From Dipteris shenzhenensis (Eukaryota): a stretch of 64,000 nucleotides of DNA. This document shows positions 18,858 through 32,370 of the stretch, piece by piece. Made by a program: the position numbers and the translations under genes. The notes under the pieces are model-generated. The model did not search any database. It saw only the letters and a program-made list of their open reading frames with translations, and had not been told where the DNA came from. The stretch lies in NCBI GenBank assembly GCA_047967505.1, contig CM106538.1; one strand, given 5' to 3'. Every line of letters begins with the position of its first letter. Position 1 is the stretch's first letter.

Positions 18858-21800
18858 ATGTCGACTAGCAACCTCAATCTGGAGGCATCTGCTAAGTTAG
18901 ACAACTCCCATTACGGTACATGGAAACACTGAATGGAGACCATTCCATCTCTTGTCACAGCACTAGCAATGGGATCTACATCTACACAAATAGTTTTCGC
19001 ACTAGTAGCAGATCCTGCCATTGCCCAAGCTCAGGCAGAATGGGATAAGAAAGACAAGTATGCCTATCACCTGATCAAGCAGAATGTGCAAGATGTAATG
19101 CTAGGACAACTCAACACAGTCAAGACATCAAAAGAATCATGGGATATGGTTGCAACTCTCTACGAGTCCAAGAACACATCCAAGATTCTCACCCTGAGAA
19201 ACCAGATCAACCAGAGTTTCTGCAACAGTAGTGAAACCGGTCATGCTTATGTACTCCACAAAAAAGATTACAACAATCAACTTGCAGCAACAGGAGAGAC
19301 TATGAACCCCGCAAAAATGGTTCAAGTCATTCTGAACAGACTAGGAGAGGGATACGAGAATGTAGTCCAGAGTATTGGACACTGGAAGAACTTCAATCAA
19401 TCCTATTTGGTGAAGAACTCAGGACTCAGGCAATACAAGCACGTAAAAGTAATTCTAATGATCAGGCATTCACAGCTTCAGACAGAAGCAGAGGCAATGG
19501 CAAAGGTAGGGGTAGATCATATCAAAAAAGTGGTCATCATCAGTAACAAAATCAAAGTCAACATCAGCATTAGCATCATCCTCAGCAACATCAGAATCGA
19601 CAAAGAGGAAATCATTCCAACCGAGGAAGATTTCAAGGATGAGGGAATGCATCCACCAACATGTCAAACATTCAGTGCAGCTACTGTCACAAGTTTGGAC
19701 ACTATGAAAGAGATTGCCACAAGAAGTAGTACGACCAAGGCGGTCAATCCAGCAGTAATTGAGGAAATTCTTGAGGTAGAGGAAATCATCATGGTGGACA
19801 TTCTAGTCATAGTCATTTTGCAAATGAACATGGAAATATGTTTCTTGCAAGCGAGAACTTGCATCAGACTAATACAATGTACCTCGACACTCATTTCAAT
19901 CCCAAAGAGGATTACAGCTATCAAGTCGACCAAGTGGAACAAGATCCTTGGTACAGCGATAGCGGTGGATCAACTCACATGACAAATCATCAGGAATGGT
20001 TCACAAAACAATACACCGAATCCAGTTCAAGGGACAGGTGTTATCCCTGTGAACAATCTCACTGGTACAAAAGGATTAGTCAAAGATGTGCTCTATGTTC
20101 CGAAGCTCAGCAAGAACCTTTTTTCAGTAGGTCAAATGACGGAACACAATTACAAAGTCATCTTTGACGGTGATGAATGCACTATCAGAGACAAATCCAA
20201 AAGATGTCAGCTAGTAGCAAAAGGTGTCAACGAAGGATGCTTATACATAATGCTAGCTACAATACTAGATAAGCATGCCATGTCAGCTCAACCGCAACAG
20301 ATGCCACTATCTGCAAAATGGCACAAGAGATATGGTCATGTCAACTTCAAGTACTTGTTAGATCACAGGAATCAGAATATGGCAATTGGGATTCCGAAGC
20401 TACAGTTTCTTAGAAAGGTTTGCGAAGCATGCTACTTCAGCAAACAAAAGCGAACCAACTTTGTCAGAAGTACCTCTCGTGCACAAGGTATTCTTGATTT
20501 GATACATACAAATGTATGGAGTTATGCCCAGACCCGCAGCATCAATGGTTCACTTTATTACTTGACTTTCATCGGTGACTACAACAGATATTGTTGGGTC
20601 TACTTTTTGAAAGAGAAATCTGAAGTGTTTTCCACATTTCAAGAATTCAAAGCCATGGTAGAAAACCAGACAGGCAGAAAGATCAAGGTCATGAGGTCAG
20701 ATAGAGGAAGTGAATACATGTCTTCAGCATTCATGAACTTTTGCAAAAATCACCGCATTCGAAGACAATTCACATGTGCAGATACTCCTCAGCAAAATGC
20801 AAGAGCTGAAAGGAAGAATGGGACTTTAGCAGATAGTGCTAGAGCAATGCTTAGTGAAAAGCATCTTCCAAATGAGTATTGGGCAGAAGCAATAGCTACA
20901 ACAAACTATTTGCTTAATCGGCTTCCTACCGAACCGATACAAGGTATGACTCCTTATGAAGCATTCACTGGACAAAAGCCACACATTGGGCATCTCCGCA
21001 TATTTGGTTGCATAGCATATGCCCACATACATGATGATAATCATAGAAAATTGGATGCAAAGTCATGCAAATGCATCATGGTTGGCTACAGTGAAGAAAG
21101 CAAAGCATACAAATTGTATGATCCCATCAACCGCAAAGTCATTATCTCCAGAGATGTAATCTTTGATGAGGAATCAGAATGGAAAACCTCACCTACTCAG
21201 GAGATAGAAGGATCGACTTCACAGTCATCGACAAAACAGGTTGATGAAGAAGAGCAAGAATTGCTAGCACCACCCCAAGCAGAGCCACAGTAGCTCAAAC
21301 GGTCTACTAGGGAAATTAGACCTCCAGCCAGATTGACATATGCTCAGAAAGGCAAAGCAATTCAAGTGGAAACCACGAACTATGCTCTTATGACTACCAT
21401 CATGGCTACAGAAGAGCCAGTGTACTTCGAAGACGCAGTAGACAAGCCAGAATGGCAAACTGCTATGAATGAAGAAATGGATGCTTTGTATAAAAATAAC
21501 ACTTGGGAATTATGCGACCTTCCACCAAGAAAGAAGGCCATAGCAAACAAATGGGTATACAAAGTGAAGTACAATCTAGATGGCAGTATTCAGAGATATA
21601 AAGCCAGATTAGTTGCAAAAGGATTTGCACAACAATATGGTCAAGACTATGATGAGACTTATGCTCCAGTAGCAAAGATGGATTCCATACGGTTCTTGAT
21701 ATCGCAGCACTCAGTAAATGGAATGTGTATCAGCTCGATGTCAAGAATGCATTTCTCAATGGTTACCTAGACGAGGAAGTCTACATGCAACAACTAGTAG

Positions 21801-22119
21801 GTTATGTTGAACCAGGAAAGGAGATAAGGTTTGCCATCTCAAGAAAAGTCTCTACGGCTGAAAGCAAGCACCGAAATGTTGGTACAGCAGAATTGACAAG
21901 TATTGTGCTGATCTGGGATACATGAAGTCCAATGCAGATCATACTCTCTACTACAAAGTTCAAGGGGAAGACATTACCATTGCACTTTTGTACGTAGATG
22001 ATCTGATTGTGATAGGAAGCAAGGATAGCTTCATCAGAAAATTAAATCAAGACTTATCTACAGAGTTTGACATGAAAGATCTTGGACTTATGCACTATTG
22101 TCTTGGAATTGAGTTCTAG
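18858..22119 (+). pseudogene. Copia A gag-pol pseudogene, copy 1
   Basis: Start MSTSNLNLEASAKLDNSHY; zinc knuckle CSYCHKFGHYERDC; protease WYSDSGGSTHM; GAG-pre-integrase WHKRYGH..CEAC; integrase MRSDRGSEY..AERKN; RT YKARLVAKGF and LYVDDL. Multiple stops and frameshifts. Confidence 0.93.
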
Positions 22120-22570
22120 AGAGGTTCTTTGAGAATTAATTCATGATGGTGGTGGCTCTCATTAGCCACGTTTGTCGTGGGTAAGATTCCACCCGGTTGG
22201 CAGTCAATTACCAGCCACCGAAGTGCCACCACATGGCATCTTCTTCATGATTACTAGCCCCCCGTCTGGGGTGGCGCCTAATATTCCACCGCAATGGCCT
22301 GCAATTAAGATGGATGGAACCCTAGCAAGCTCCAGCCACCACAGTGGCTCAAAATTTATAATATATATAAGATCTGTGGCATTTGGCATTTTACTATGTT
22401 GCTCTGATCCCGCCCATGCTCTACTACTTTGCTCCACACACTCTGCTACTTTGCTCCACACCCCTCCTCTAGATCTTTTCTGCCCCTGCTCTACTTTGCT
22501 CCATGCTCCCTCCTCTAACTCTCATCACTCATCTACTCCCCTACTCACCCACTCATCTTCAACATGCCTA

Positions 22571-23053
22571 CTACCACCCCCCTTCGATGCTCTGTGATCC
22601 CAATGTTATCTGCCTTCTCATATAAGGTGATTGTGTTGCACTCACCTGGAGTAGAAATGCTAGCACTAGTGGAGACCCTTCGTTCCCACAGTCGATTCCC
22701 CACACATCTACATGTTGAACCACCTTAGATGACATGCTCATAGAGGGCCTCTTTATCGATGTGCTGTATGGGTTCCCCCTAGATGTCGACGAAGGCCTTA
22801 GTATTTTCAGAGCAAAGTACTCTAGACTTGTTGGGGGGGCCGTAATCCGAGTCCTGGCAATGTGCATGGTCTTTGGCCTCTCCATCGTATCCTCCTTTGG
22901 CTCCCTAAAACAAGCTAAACTGGTGAAAAACTGAGTCGTACAAATTCCCTCTTGCTTAGATGAGGCTCTCAGTAATGGCTGGATGTAATCTTTTGGGTTC
23001 TCAATGATCTTTTGGCTCACTGGATGTAATGTTGTGGCCTCTAAGGCATTCAT
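22571..23053 (-). other. Uncharacterised ~150-170-codon ORF in the sequence joined to the truncated copia A (copies 49773-50231 and 63230-63736)
   Basis: Open in all three copies, although the C-termini differ by frameshift. Ser/Thr/Pro-rich, no recognisable domain. Confidence 0.25.
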
Positions 23054-23471
23054 GTAATCTCTTTTTGTTCAATTTGAGGCTCTCAGTATGCACCGTTGTT
23101 AACTTTTATATTTTGAATGGTTATGGCTGCTACCTGTAATCTTTTGGCCTTTAAGGCTCTCAGCAATTGCCGAGTTTTTATAAATGTAAGATCCTCCATT
23201 CAATTTTTACTCAGTATAAGTTGATAGTTTTTATATAACCTGTTATTGGATGTAGATGTACATTGTAATCTCTTTTGCTTAATTTTCACTCGAGAAATTG
23301 TACTTTTGCCCTCATTTATATTTATTGCAATAAGGACTAAAATACCAAGAAAGATGGACTACAATTTCCTTGGTTTATGACCAAAATAGTGCTAAAATAA
23401 CTCCAACGATCCCACCATTGTGGTTGCATGGAGATACATCTAGAAAAATACAATTAAACTTTCAAAAATTG

Positions 23472-23625
23472 CAATTGAGGATATGGCCCTTGAGGGGTCC
23501 TCTCTAGGGGCAAGGGCCATATCGACGTGCATTATACAATATCCAAGATGCCACTGGACAGAAATGGCATATCGATACGACCCTTGCCCCTAGAGGAGAC
23601 CCCTCAAGGGCCATATCGTCAATTG
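23472..23625. repeat. 154-bp double hairpin (inverted repeat whose arms are themselves palindromes)
   Basis: Arms 23472-23525 and 23572-23625 are imperfect reverse complements. Each arm reads gatatggcccttg...caagggccatatc (the right arm has 2 mismatches). Confidence 0.9.
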
Positions 23626-25497
23626 GATTTTGCTTTGTTGCACAATAGATTACATTTTCCTTGGTACACATACTAATAACTCAAAGAACTAGCGCAGTGG
23701 CTTTCATAGATCTCCTTCTGTTTGCCAGTGCGCTGGTCGTCATAGACTTCCTCCTGTAATACGTAAAAATAGGTAACTTAGCTATAACGCTAAGAACCAG
23801 CACGGTGGTCTTTGCAAGACAACCTTGAATTCTGAGCGATGATAGGCCATTAGAGGCCAGAGATTGCACTGAGGCAATGCTCAGAATGATAGATTGCGTC
23901 TCATTATTATGCCAAAAACCAGCGCGGTGGTCTCTCTAGGCCAACCTATGATTTGCATGGTCTGCGGGCAAAGATGCAACAAAAGGTTGCACGATGACAG
24001 GTGGTCGGCTTGTGTGCTGTGGCGGTGTTCAGAATGATAGATTGCATCTAATTATTATGCCAAGACCTAGCACGATGAACTCTCTAAGACAACCTTCAAT
24101 TTTAATGATCCATATGGGTGTGGTGCCTAGTGACAGGTGGCAAAGCTACAGCAAAAGGTTGTGCGATGATAAGTGATTAGGTGGCATAGGCCAGAGACTG
24201 CGCTGTGCGCAGTAGTGCAGAGATGCCATGTGTCGAGCTATGCAGTGTTCAAAACAAATACATTGTGTCTCAGTATTACGCTAGTGCACCTTCATGACAT
24301 CGAAAAAATTTTTGAGGAGAGCACGGGTCCGCACAAAATTCAAATATTCACCCAGGAGCGCATTACGTCGCGGCCCCAAAATGGCCTCGAAAATACTTCC
24401 ACAATTGACTACACCCAAGCAAACGTTAACCCTATTGCATTCACTTCTTGCACTCTTTACGAGTCTATTTATTCCAGCATCAATCCTACATTAAAGGAAA
24501 GAAATTAGCACATTGAGCTTGTGAGCTCAAAAGCAGCTTGTTACATCCACAAGAAGAAGAATTGTCAGATCCATGAGTAAAGTCTCTTGATACACACTGG
24601 GTAAGCCTTTGACATAGAGCCACAAACATTCTCCAGCATGGACCAATTCTATTTCTCATTCTTATTTAAGTGGTGATATTCCATTCATGATTCCAAATGA
24701 AATCCACGAATCGGAAGAACAAAACTAGCAAAAAATTGTATTGCTCGCTATACAAGCATTGACTTAGTTTGAATTGCCATACTCATGTTGCAATAGCTCC
24801 CTTGGCTAGCAATCACGAATTCCTCTTGATTTTGGCATGAATTGAATTCTTACAAAATACACAATGAGATCAGATTATGTGCCATGGGAGATATTCGATT
24901 TATGTTTCAAACATAGATTTACAATAACTACAAAATTTAAGCATTGAACTCATTCGAAATAACAAATCCTCATGTTGAAACCCAATGCATTACTTCTTTT
25001 TTCCTACTCCATGAGGGCAAATGCATAAAGGGAAGCTAGTTAAAAGATATTGGGAGACATGTCTATAGCAATAGAGATGTTTTTCACTAATTTGGCTAAG
25101 GCAAATGCATAAAGTTCCTTGATGGGATAGAGCTTGTGGAAAGGGAAAGCGAGTTGGATCCCCTTTTCTTGACTAATTCCACCATAGAATGGTGTTTTTT
25201 CAAACTTTTTATAATGGGAGCCATTTTCCATTGATTTGGCCGACCAAGTGCGTAAACATCCTCAAGTCCATCAGAGTATCCTCAAGTGGGTATTCATCAT
25301 CAAGTCCATCAGAGTATCCATAAGGATGTCTAAGTTTATGTTCTTGAGATTGTGGTATGACCAAATGAGCATTAGATCAGTCTTGCTTGATTGATTCCAC
25401 CATAAACTCTATGATTCATACTTTCTATACTATGTTGGGATCCATTTCTCATTTGTTTGCTTAGGTAGAAATGGACTCAAGTTAGGCAAGATGTATG

Positions 25498-28400
25498 TGT
25501 TGAGATATTGAGCTCCACTCGCGATATGTCAGGGTGACCATTGTGCATTTATGTCACCGACTTGTTAGCTACAGATGCGGTTGGTACACTGCCCACGAAT
25601 AATAGCTGGATGACAGCTATCCTTATCTACACTAGTTCGTGGCTCAGTTAGTATGCCACCTTAGTTAGTTGAGTTTGGTTTGAGACCCACATATAGGGTT
25701 CTTCTATTTCTTTATACTAGAGTTCTTTTGGCTTTCACAACTAAGAAGAGGAAAACTATTTTCAGCCTCCACCTTTGTGTGTATTCCCCCATTGTGCTTG
25801 TGAGAAAGCCTCAAGTGAGACTGCTTCCCTCTCTCCCACTATCTTCACATGGTATCAGAGCCTTGTTCGTGGTAAGGAGCTCAAGAAAGCAAACCAAGTT
25901 CGCGGTGTCCTGGTAAGAGGACCAGTGTTGCTTTCCTATTTCGAGTTTAGGAGCAAATCTCTGCAGGTAGCATAGCCAGAAGTGCAAGAGTGCACTGTCT
26001 CAGATTGAGACGCCCTTCGCGGTGTGGCGAGAGCACAGTTCTGATTTGAGGCCATTTCGGGGCCCGTTTTGAAGGCGGAAGTTCTTCGCAGGCACTTAGA
26101 AAAAGGCCCTATTTTTGCTATGCGACCACTGCTCTGCTGGTCAGTGAGAAGTTACCAGATAAATTGCATCGTATGCCTATGCACAGAGATATTGGGAGTT
26201 GCAGAATCATCCTTATTGCCTGTTGATGCAAAATCGTCACTAGGAAGTGATTGTGTGGTCAAAAACCACTTTCGTTAGTTTTGTAGATTTGCCCTTGTGA
26301 GGCAGAACCTGTGTTTTTTTGCAGTGACAGAATATTTTGCAGTGTTCTGTAATGGCGTCTGATTATCTTTCACAGATTGTCACTGAAAAGCTTGACAAGA
26401 ACAACTTCCAAGCATGGAAGTTTAGAATGATGAATTTCCTTATGGGAAAAGGCTACTGGGAGTTCATTACAGGAAATGAAGAAGAACCAGTTCTTCCTAA
26501 TGTTCCCAATCAACAGGAAATGCAGGCATTTAAAGGATGGCATGAGAGAGCCAGAAAAGTTATGTACTGGCTGTCTATCAGTATTTCAGATTCAATGATT
26601 GTGCATATTCAGGATGCAAGTACGCCAAAGGTGGCATGGGATACTTTGGCTAAAATGTACAGCACAAATACGCAGGCCAGGAAAATGTAGCTCAAGCAGG
26701 AGCTGCACAATGTGCAGAGAGAAAATATGAGCATCAATGACTACCACATGAAGGTGAAGAAAATTGCGGATGCACTTGCTTCCATTGGGTCGCCAGTGGA
26801 TGATGACGATTTAGTTTCTATGACCTTGAATGGTCTAGGAAAGGATTATGCACAGTTCCAGACATCCATTGCCATCCGTGAAAAATTTCTTGATTTTGAG
26901 GAGTTGATTGCTCTTCTAATTTCTGAAGAGCAGAGAAATGGTGGTGCATCTTCTTCAGAAGGAACTTCAAAAGAAACTATCTTCTACTCAAATGTTAGAA
27001 GAGGTAGAGGTAGAGGTAGAGGAGGCCGATCTGCAGGCTGTGGTAGAAATCAGAATATGCAGCAAACTCAAGAAAACCAGTCCTATGCAGGAGGATGTGG
27101 TAACTCTAGAGGCAGGGGGAGCCAAAGAGGTCGTGGTGGATGGTAGAGAGGCCAAAATGCAAACAGTAATGTTGAATGCTACTACTATGGTAAAATGGGG
27201 CATATGGCTAAAAACTGCTATAAAAAGCAGAATGACATTATGAATGGAAAATTGCAGCAAGGCAATCATGCATCCTCTAGTAGATAGGGTGATGACAGAA
27301 ATGAGCATTTGTTTATGGTGCAACATATGACAAATTCTGTGACAAGTGTAGAAGAAAGCAATGATGTGTGGTATGTTGATTCAGGTGCGTCAAACCACAT
27401 GTGACAGGTCATGCTGAATGGATGCAGGATGCATGGAAAATGGAAAAACCAGCATTTGTGGAGACTGGTGATGATACTGCACATCCTATTGTGCAGATTG
27501 GAAAAATTCCTTTGTCTATGCAGGATGGGAAAAAGAAATACTTGTCTGATGTATTTCATGTCCCGAACATCACCAAGAACCTGGTTTCTATTGGTCAAAT
27601 GGTTGAGCAGGGCTTGTAGGTCAGATTCAATCCTCATGGATGCTTTGTTGAGGATATGAAAAATAATGGTCGCTTGATAGCAAAAGGAAAGAAGAACGGC
27701 AGGATGTTTACGCTGGATGCGGACATGCCTGAATTGAGTGCAGCAATGTTTGCACATGGGACTGGTGTAGTTGCAGATATTGATATCTGGCATAAACGCA
27801 TTGGTCATGTTAATGTACATCGACTTAAATCAATGCAGGCCCAAAATATTGTTGTAGGATTGCCTAAATTCAAGGTTGCAGAAATGCACAAGGTTTGTGA
27901 AGCCTGTCAATTTGGGAAACAGGCAAGGAAACCTTTTCCTAAGCATGTTCAAGAGAGTTAAAAGCCATTGGAATTAATCCACTCTGATGTGTGGACTACT
28001 AAAGCTGCATCTATTGGAGGCTGTCACTATTTTGTCACCTTTATTGATGACTTCAGCAGAAAACTTTGGGTGTATTTTATGAAAAAGAAAAGTGAAGTGT
28101 TTGGGCACTTCAAAGCTTTTAAAGCTATGGTTAAAAAAGAAACAGGCCTGCAAATAAAATGCCTAAGGTTAGATGGAGGGGGAGAGTACCTCTCAAATGA
28201 GTTTGCAAGGTTCCTGCAGGAGCATGGCATAAAGCAGCAATATTCATGTAGTCATACCCCACAGCAAATCGGAATTGCAGAAAGGAAAAAGAGGCATATT
28301 GGAGAGGTATCTCGGGCCATGCTAAATAAAAAAGATCTACCAGATTATTATTGGGCTGAAGTAGTTGCTACAACAGTTTATATAATGAACAGGACTCCCA

Positions 28401-31029
28401 CTGCAGCAATACATGGCATGACGCCAGAGGAGATGTATACTGGTAGGAAACCAGACATTTCTCATTTGAAAATTTTTGGTTGCATTGCCTATGTTCATGT
28501 GCCAGATGAGTTGAGGTCCAAGTTGGATCCAAAGGCTGAGAAGTGCATCTTTATCGGTTATTCTCTGCAGCAGAAAGGGTATATATGCTATAACCCTTCT
28601 ACATGTAAGTTCACAGTGAGCAGAGATGTTGTTTTTTATGAGATGAGCAGCTGGTATAAACTAGTAAATGTGATGATTGATGTAGATGCACAAAATGGTA
28701 ATGCTGCACAAAATGCACAGCAGCAATCACAAAATATCAGTGGACCTGCAGTGTCCTCTAGCAATGGTTCGCATACTTCGCCATGGACAGGTAGATTGAG
28801 ATCAGGAGAATCTCCTCAAAGCAATGCAGATAGTGGTATGCAAGTATCACGAAAAGAAAAAGAGAAGGTAGATCAGCCCATGTTTGATGTGAATGCAGGT
28901 CACTCTTATGTGGATGGTGAATCCAGTGGCTCAGAGCAGAGCATTGATGATGAGTTGGGTATTCCTTCTGTTGTTACACCTGGAGTAAGGAAGACCAGGG
29001 ATGTTTTGAGAGCACCTAGAAGTGAGCTTCTTTTGCGCAGGTCTACCAGGGTTAGGTATCCTATGGATAGGCTGAAATATGATGGATTTACAGCCATTCA
29101 CTATGCCTATATGGTCAAAGTGATACAGGAACTAGAACCTATTTCTTTTGAGCAAGCCATGGGAAAAGAAAAATGGGAGAAAGCCATGGATGAAGAAATG
29201 GATGCCTTGGATGCAAATGCAACATGGGAATTGGTGCCTTTGCCTAAAGACAAGAATGCAATTGGCTGTAAATGGGTTTATAAGGTGAAGCATAATGCAG
29301 ATGGTTCTGTGAACAGATACAAGGCAAGATTAGTTGTCAAGGGGTATGCACAGTCATATGGCATTGATTATGAAGAAACATTCAGCCCAGTTGCAAGGAT
29401 TGCGATTGTAAGAGCAAACATTGCTATGGCTGCATCAAAGGGATGGTCTTTACATCAAATGGATGTAAAGAATGCCTTCTTGCATGGTGATTTGCAAGAA
29501 GAGGTCTATATGGAGCAGCCACCAGGTTATGCGCACGCTGTTCATCCTGAGTTTGTTTGTAGGTTGAAGAAAGCCTTGTATGGCTTGAAGCAAGCACCTA
29601 GAGCATGGTCTAACAAGATAGGACAGTATCTTGTTACTATTGGCTTTCAGATTTCCAAGGCAGATTTCTCACTCTATGTGATAAAAACAGAGAAAGGTAT
29701 TATGCTGCTTGTCATTTATGTTGATGATTTGATCATCACAGGTGATAGTGATGAAGACATCCTTCATGTGAAAATGCTATTGAAGCAGAAGTTTGAGATG
29801 AAGGATTTGGGAGAGCTGCGTTATTTCTTGGGCATTGAGGTGATTAGATCACCAAGTGGGATACAGCTCTTGCAGAGGCAGTATGGACTGGACATGCTGT
29901 CCAAATATGGGATGACAGGCTGTAAGCATATTTCAGTTCCTTTGGAGCAGAATGTGAAGCTGAGCGCAGATGCAGGTGAGCTTCTGGAAGACCCTACTAT
30001 GTACAGACGCATAGTAGGAAGTTTGATTTACATGACTATTACCAGGCCAGATTTGAGATATGCTGTTGGGTTGGTAAGTCAGTTTATGCAGGCTCCAAGG
30101 AAACCGCATCTGGATGCAGCTAGACGCATACTCAGGTATGTGAAGTCCACATTGCAGTATGGACTATTTTATGAGGCTGGGGTTCAGATACAGTTGCATG
30201 GATACACTGATGCTGATTGGGCTGGTAGTATTTCTGATAGACGATCTACCAGTGGATATGTGTTCTCTTTTAGTAGTGTTGCAGTCACTTGGAGCAGCAA
30301 GAAATAGCCTACAGTTGCCTTGTCGAGCACAGAGGCTGAGTACAGGGGTGCAGCAATGGCTGCATGTGAGGTAGCTTGGTTGCATAAGCTACTCTATGAT
30401 ATGCATCAATCTACAGATGGGCCAGTTGTCATTTATTGTGACAACATGAGCAGTATACACTTGGCAAATAACCCAGTCTATCATGCTAGAACAAAGCACA
30501 TTGAGGTGCATTATCACTATGTGCGGGAGAAGGTTTTACTAGGTCTTATTGATCTAGTTTATGTCAGCACAGAGGATCAGATAGCTGACATATTCACAAG
30601 GCATTGGAAGCAAAGAAGCTACACAAGTTCAGAGACCTGCTTGGTGTGCAGGAATTGGGATTGAGCTCGAGGGGGAGTGTTGAGATATCGAGCTCCACTC
30701 GCGATATGCCAGGGTGACTGTTGTGCATTTATGTCACCGACTTGTTAGCTACAGATGCGGTTGGTACACCACCCACGAATAATAGCTGGATGATAGCTAT
30801 CCTTATCTACACTAGTTCGTGGCTCAGTTAGTATGCCACCTTAGTTAGTTGAGTTTGGTTTGAGACCCACATATAGGGTTCTTTTATTTCTTTGTACTAG
30901 AGTTCTTTTGGCTTTCACAACTAAGAAGAGGAAAACTGTTTTCAGCCTCCACCTTTGTGTGTATTCCCCCATTGTGCTTGTGAGAAAGCCTCAAGTGAGA
31001 CTCCTTCCCTCTCTCCCACTATCTTCACA
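25498..31029 (+). mobile_element. Full-length Ty1/copia LTR retrotransposon family B, copy B1 (defective)
   Basis: 352-bp LTRs at 25498-25849 and 30678-31029 (TG...CA); 5-bp TSD gtatg at 25493-25497 and 31030-31034; PBS tggtatcagagcc at 25850-25862; PPT gagggggag at 30669-30677. About 11 LTR mismatches counted by eye. Confidence 0.98.
26352..30664 (+). pseudogene. Copia B1 gag-pol pseudogene
   Basis: KLDKNNFQAWKFRM (gag), WYVDSGASNHM (protease), WHKRIGH..CEAC, LIHSDVW..DGGGEY (integrase), YVDDL (RT), YTDADWAG..DRRSTSG (RNase H). Several in-frame TAG stops and frameshifts. Confidence 0.96.
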
Positions 31030-31541
31030 GTATGCAAGTTTCTAATACTTGATTAGATGAACTTTTAACTAGAACATGGGAGAATTGGATCTCCATTGCT
31101 TTCCCATTCCTTCTTCTTACACTTTCTATATGAATGGAGCCATTTTTGCCTAATTTGGCTAAGGTGAGTGTCTAAAGGGACTCAAGTTAGGAAATGAGTG
31201 AAAATTTCACTAAAAAATGGTATTGATATTGTGCACAGCCACTCGAGCATTTGATTGGATTTGTTTGACTACTTCTATAACAAAAAGTCAATTTTCACAC
31301 TTTTATACCAAGGGAGTCATTTTTTAAACTTTGATTGGATTTGTTTTCCTACTTCTACAACAAATAACACCTTAATTGGATTTGTTTGACTATTTCTACA
31401 ACAAGTGAGTACAAGCATTTGTGAGCACTACCTTCAAATTGGTTCTGTCAAAGGAAAACAATTGTAAAGATGATCGAATCATTAATTCGTAGCACCAATG
31501 ATGGAAGCCCATGCATAGGAAAGTCCAAATGATGTGCAAAC

Positions 31542-31549
31542 TGTGTGTA

Positions 31550-31601
<52 letters not shown>
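31542..31601 (+). repeat. Compound (GT)n(GA)n microsatellite
   Basis: Read directly from the sequence. Confidence 0.95.
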
Positions 31602-31605
<4 letters not shown>

Positions 31606-32370
31606 AACCAAAATGGAAGGGGGACACTTGGCAAGAAAGTGTGTGGGACACTTTTTAACAAAAGTGTAACTATAGCATTGCCTTGAAGGCAGTGCTAACA
31701 AACAACCAATTTTCACACTTTTTATACCAAGTGATTCATTCTTTAATGATTTGGCCAACTAGAAGGGTAAATGGCCTTGAACAAGGAAATGAGTGGCAAG
31801 ACATCATAACTGATGCTGAGCCATATTTCATTGATTTGGAAAAACCAAGTCTATTGAGGGACTAGACCAATGAAATAAGTTTTTAAGGTCCTCCTTCTTG
31901 ATGGGTTTGATGTTGTAGAAAGGCAACATTATCATTATATTCCCCTTCTCCATCATTGATTTAATTTTTTCACCATAAATTACATTTTTCCACACTTTCT
32001 ATAGCACATGACCCATTTCATGGAACATTACCCCATGCTATCAAAAGAAACTATGTGTGATTACGTATGACTGAATGTTTATTAAGCAATGGGTTTATGA
32101 TTTATTCAAATTTCACATGTTGAGTTAAAGAGTTGCTAACAAGGGTTATATTCATGTGCACTTCTAGTCATACACCTGTAGCCCTAGTTATAACATAAGG
32201 TATTAGAGCACAAAGGATATTGTGCCTATGTTTGTATTCTAACTCTTCTATTGAGTTGTAGACGATGCTGGGAGATAGGTGGCCAAGATGGCATGAGAAG
32301 AAGCAAACTTTTTTTCTTCTCCCATATTGTGGGAAGTGGTTGGCATCAATGGGGTTAGAGGATTTGTAAC

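Larger units (their letters stand above)
16961..22119 (+). mobile_element. Ty1/copia LTR retrotransposon family A, copy 1; 3'-truncated in RT (no RNase H, no 3' LTR)
   Basis: LTR (TG at 16961, or alternatively 17032, to 17288), tRNA-iMet PBS tggtatcagagc at 17289-17300, long leader, then gag-PR-INT-RT in copia order ending at YCLGIEF*. Confidence 0.9.

Noticed and set aside
18933-19982. 349-aa ORF as an intact gag
   Set aside because: The C-terminal half is out of frame (the zinc knuckle lies in another frame) and the true start is cut by a TGA; it is a pseudogene.
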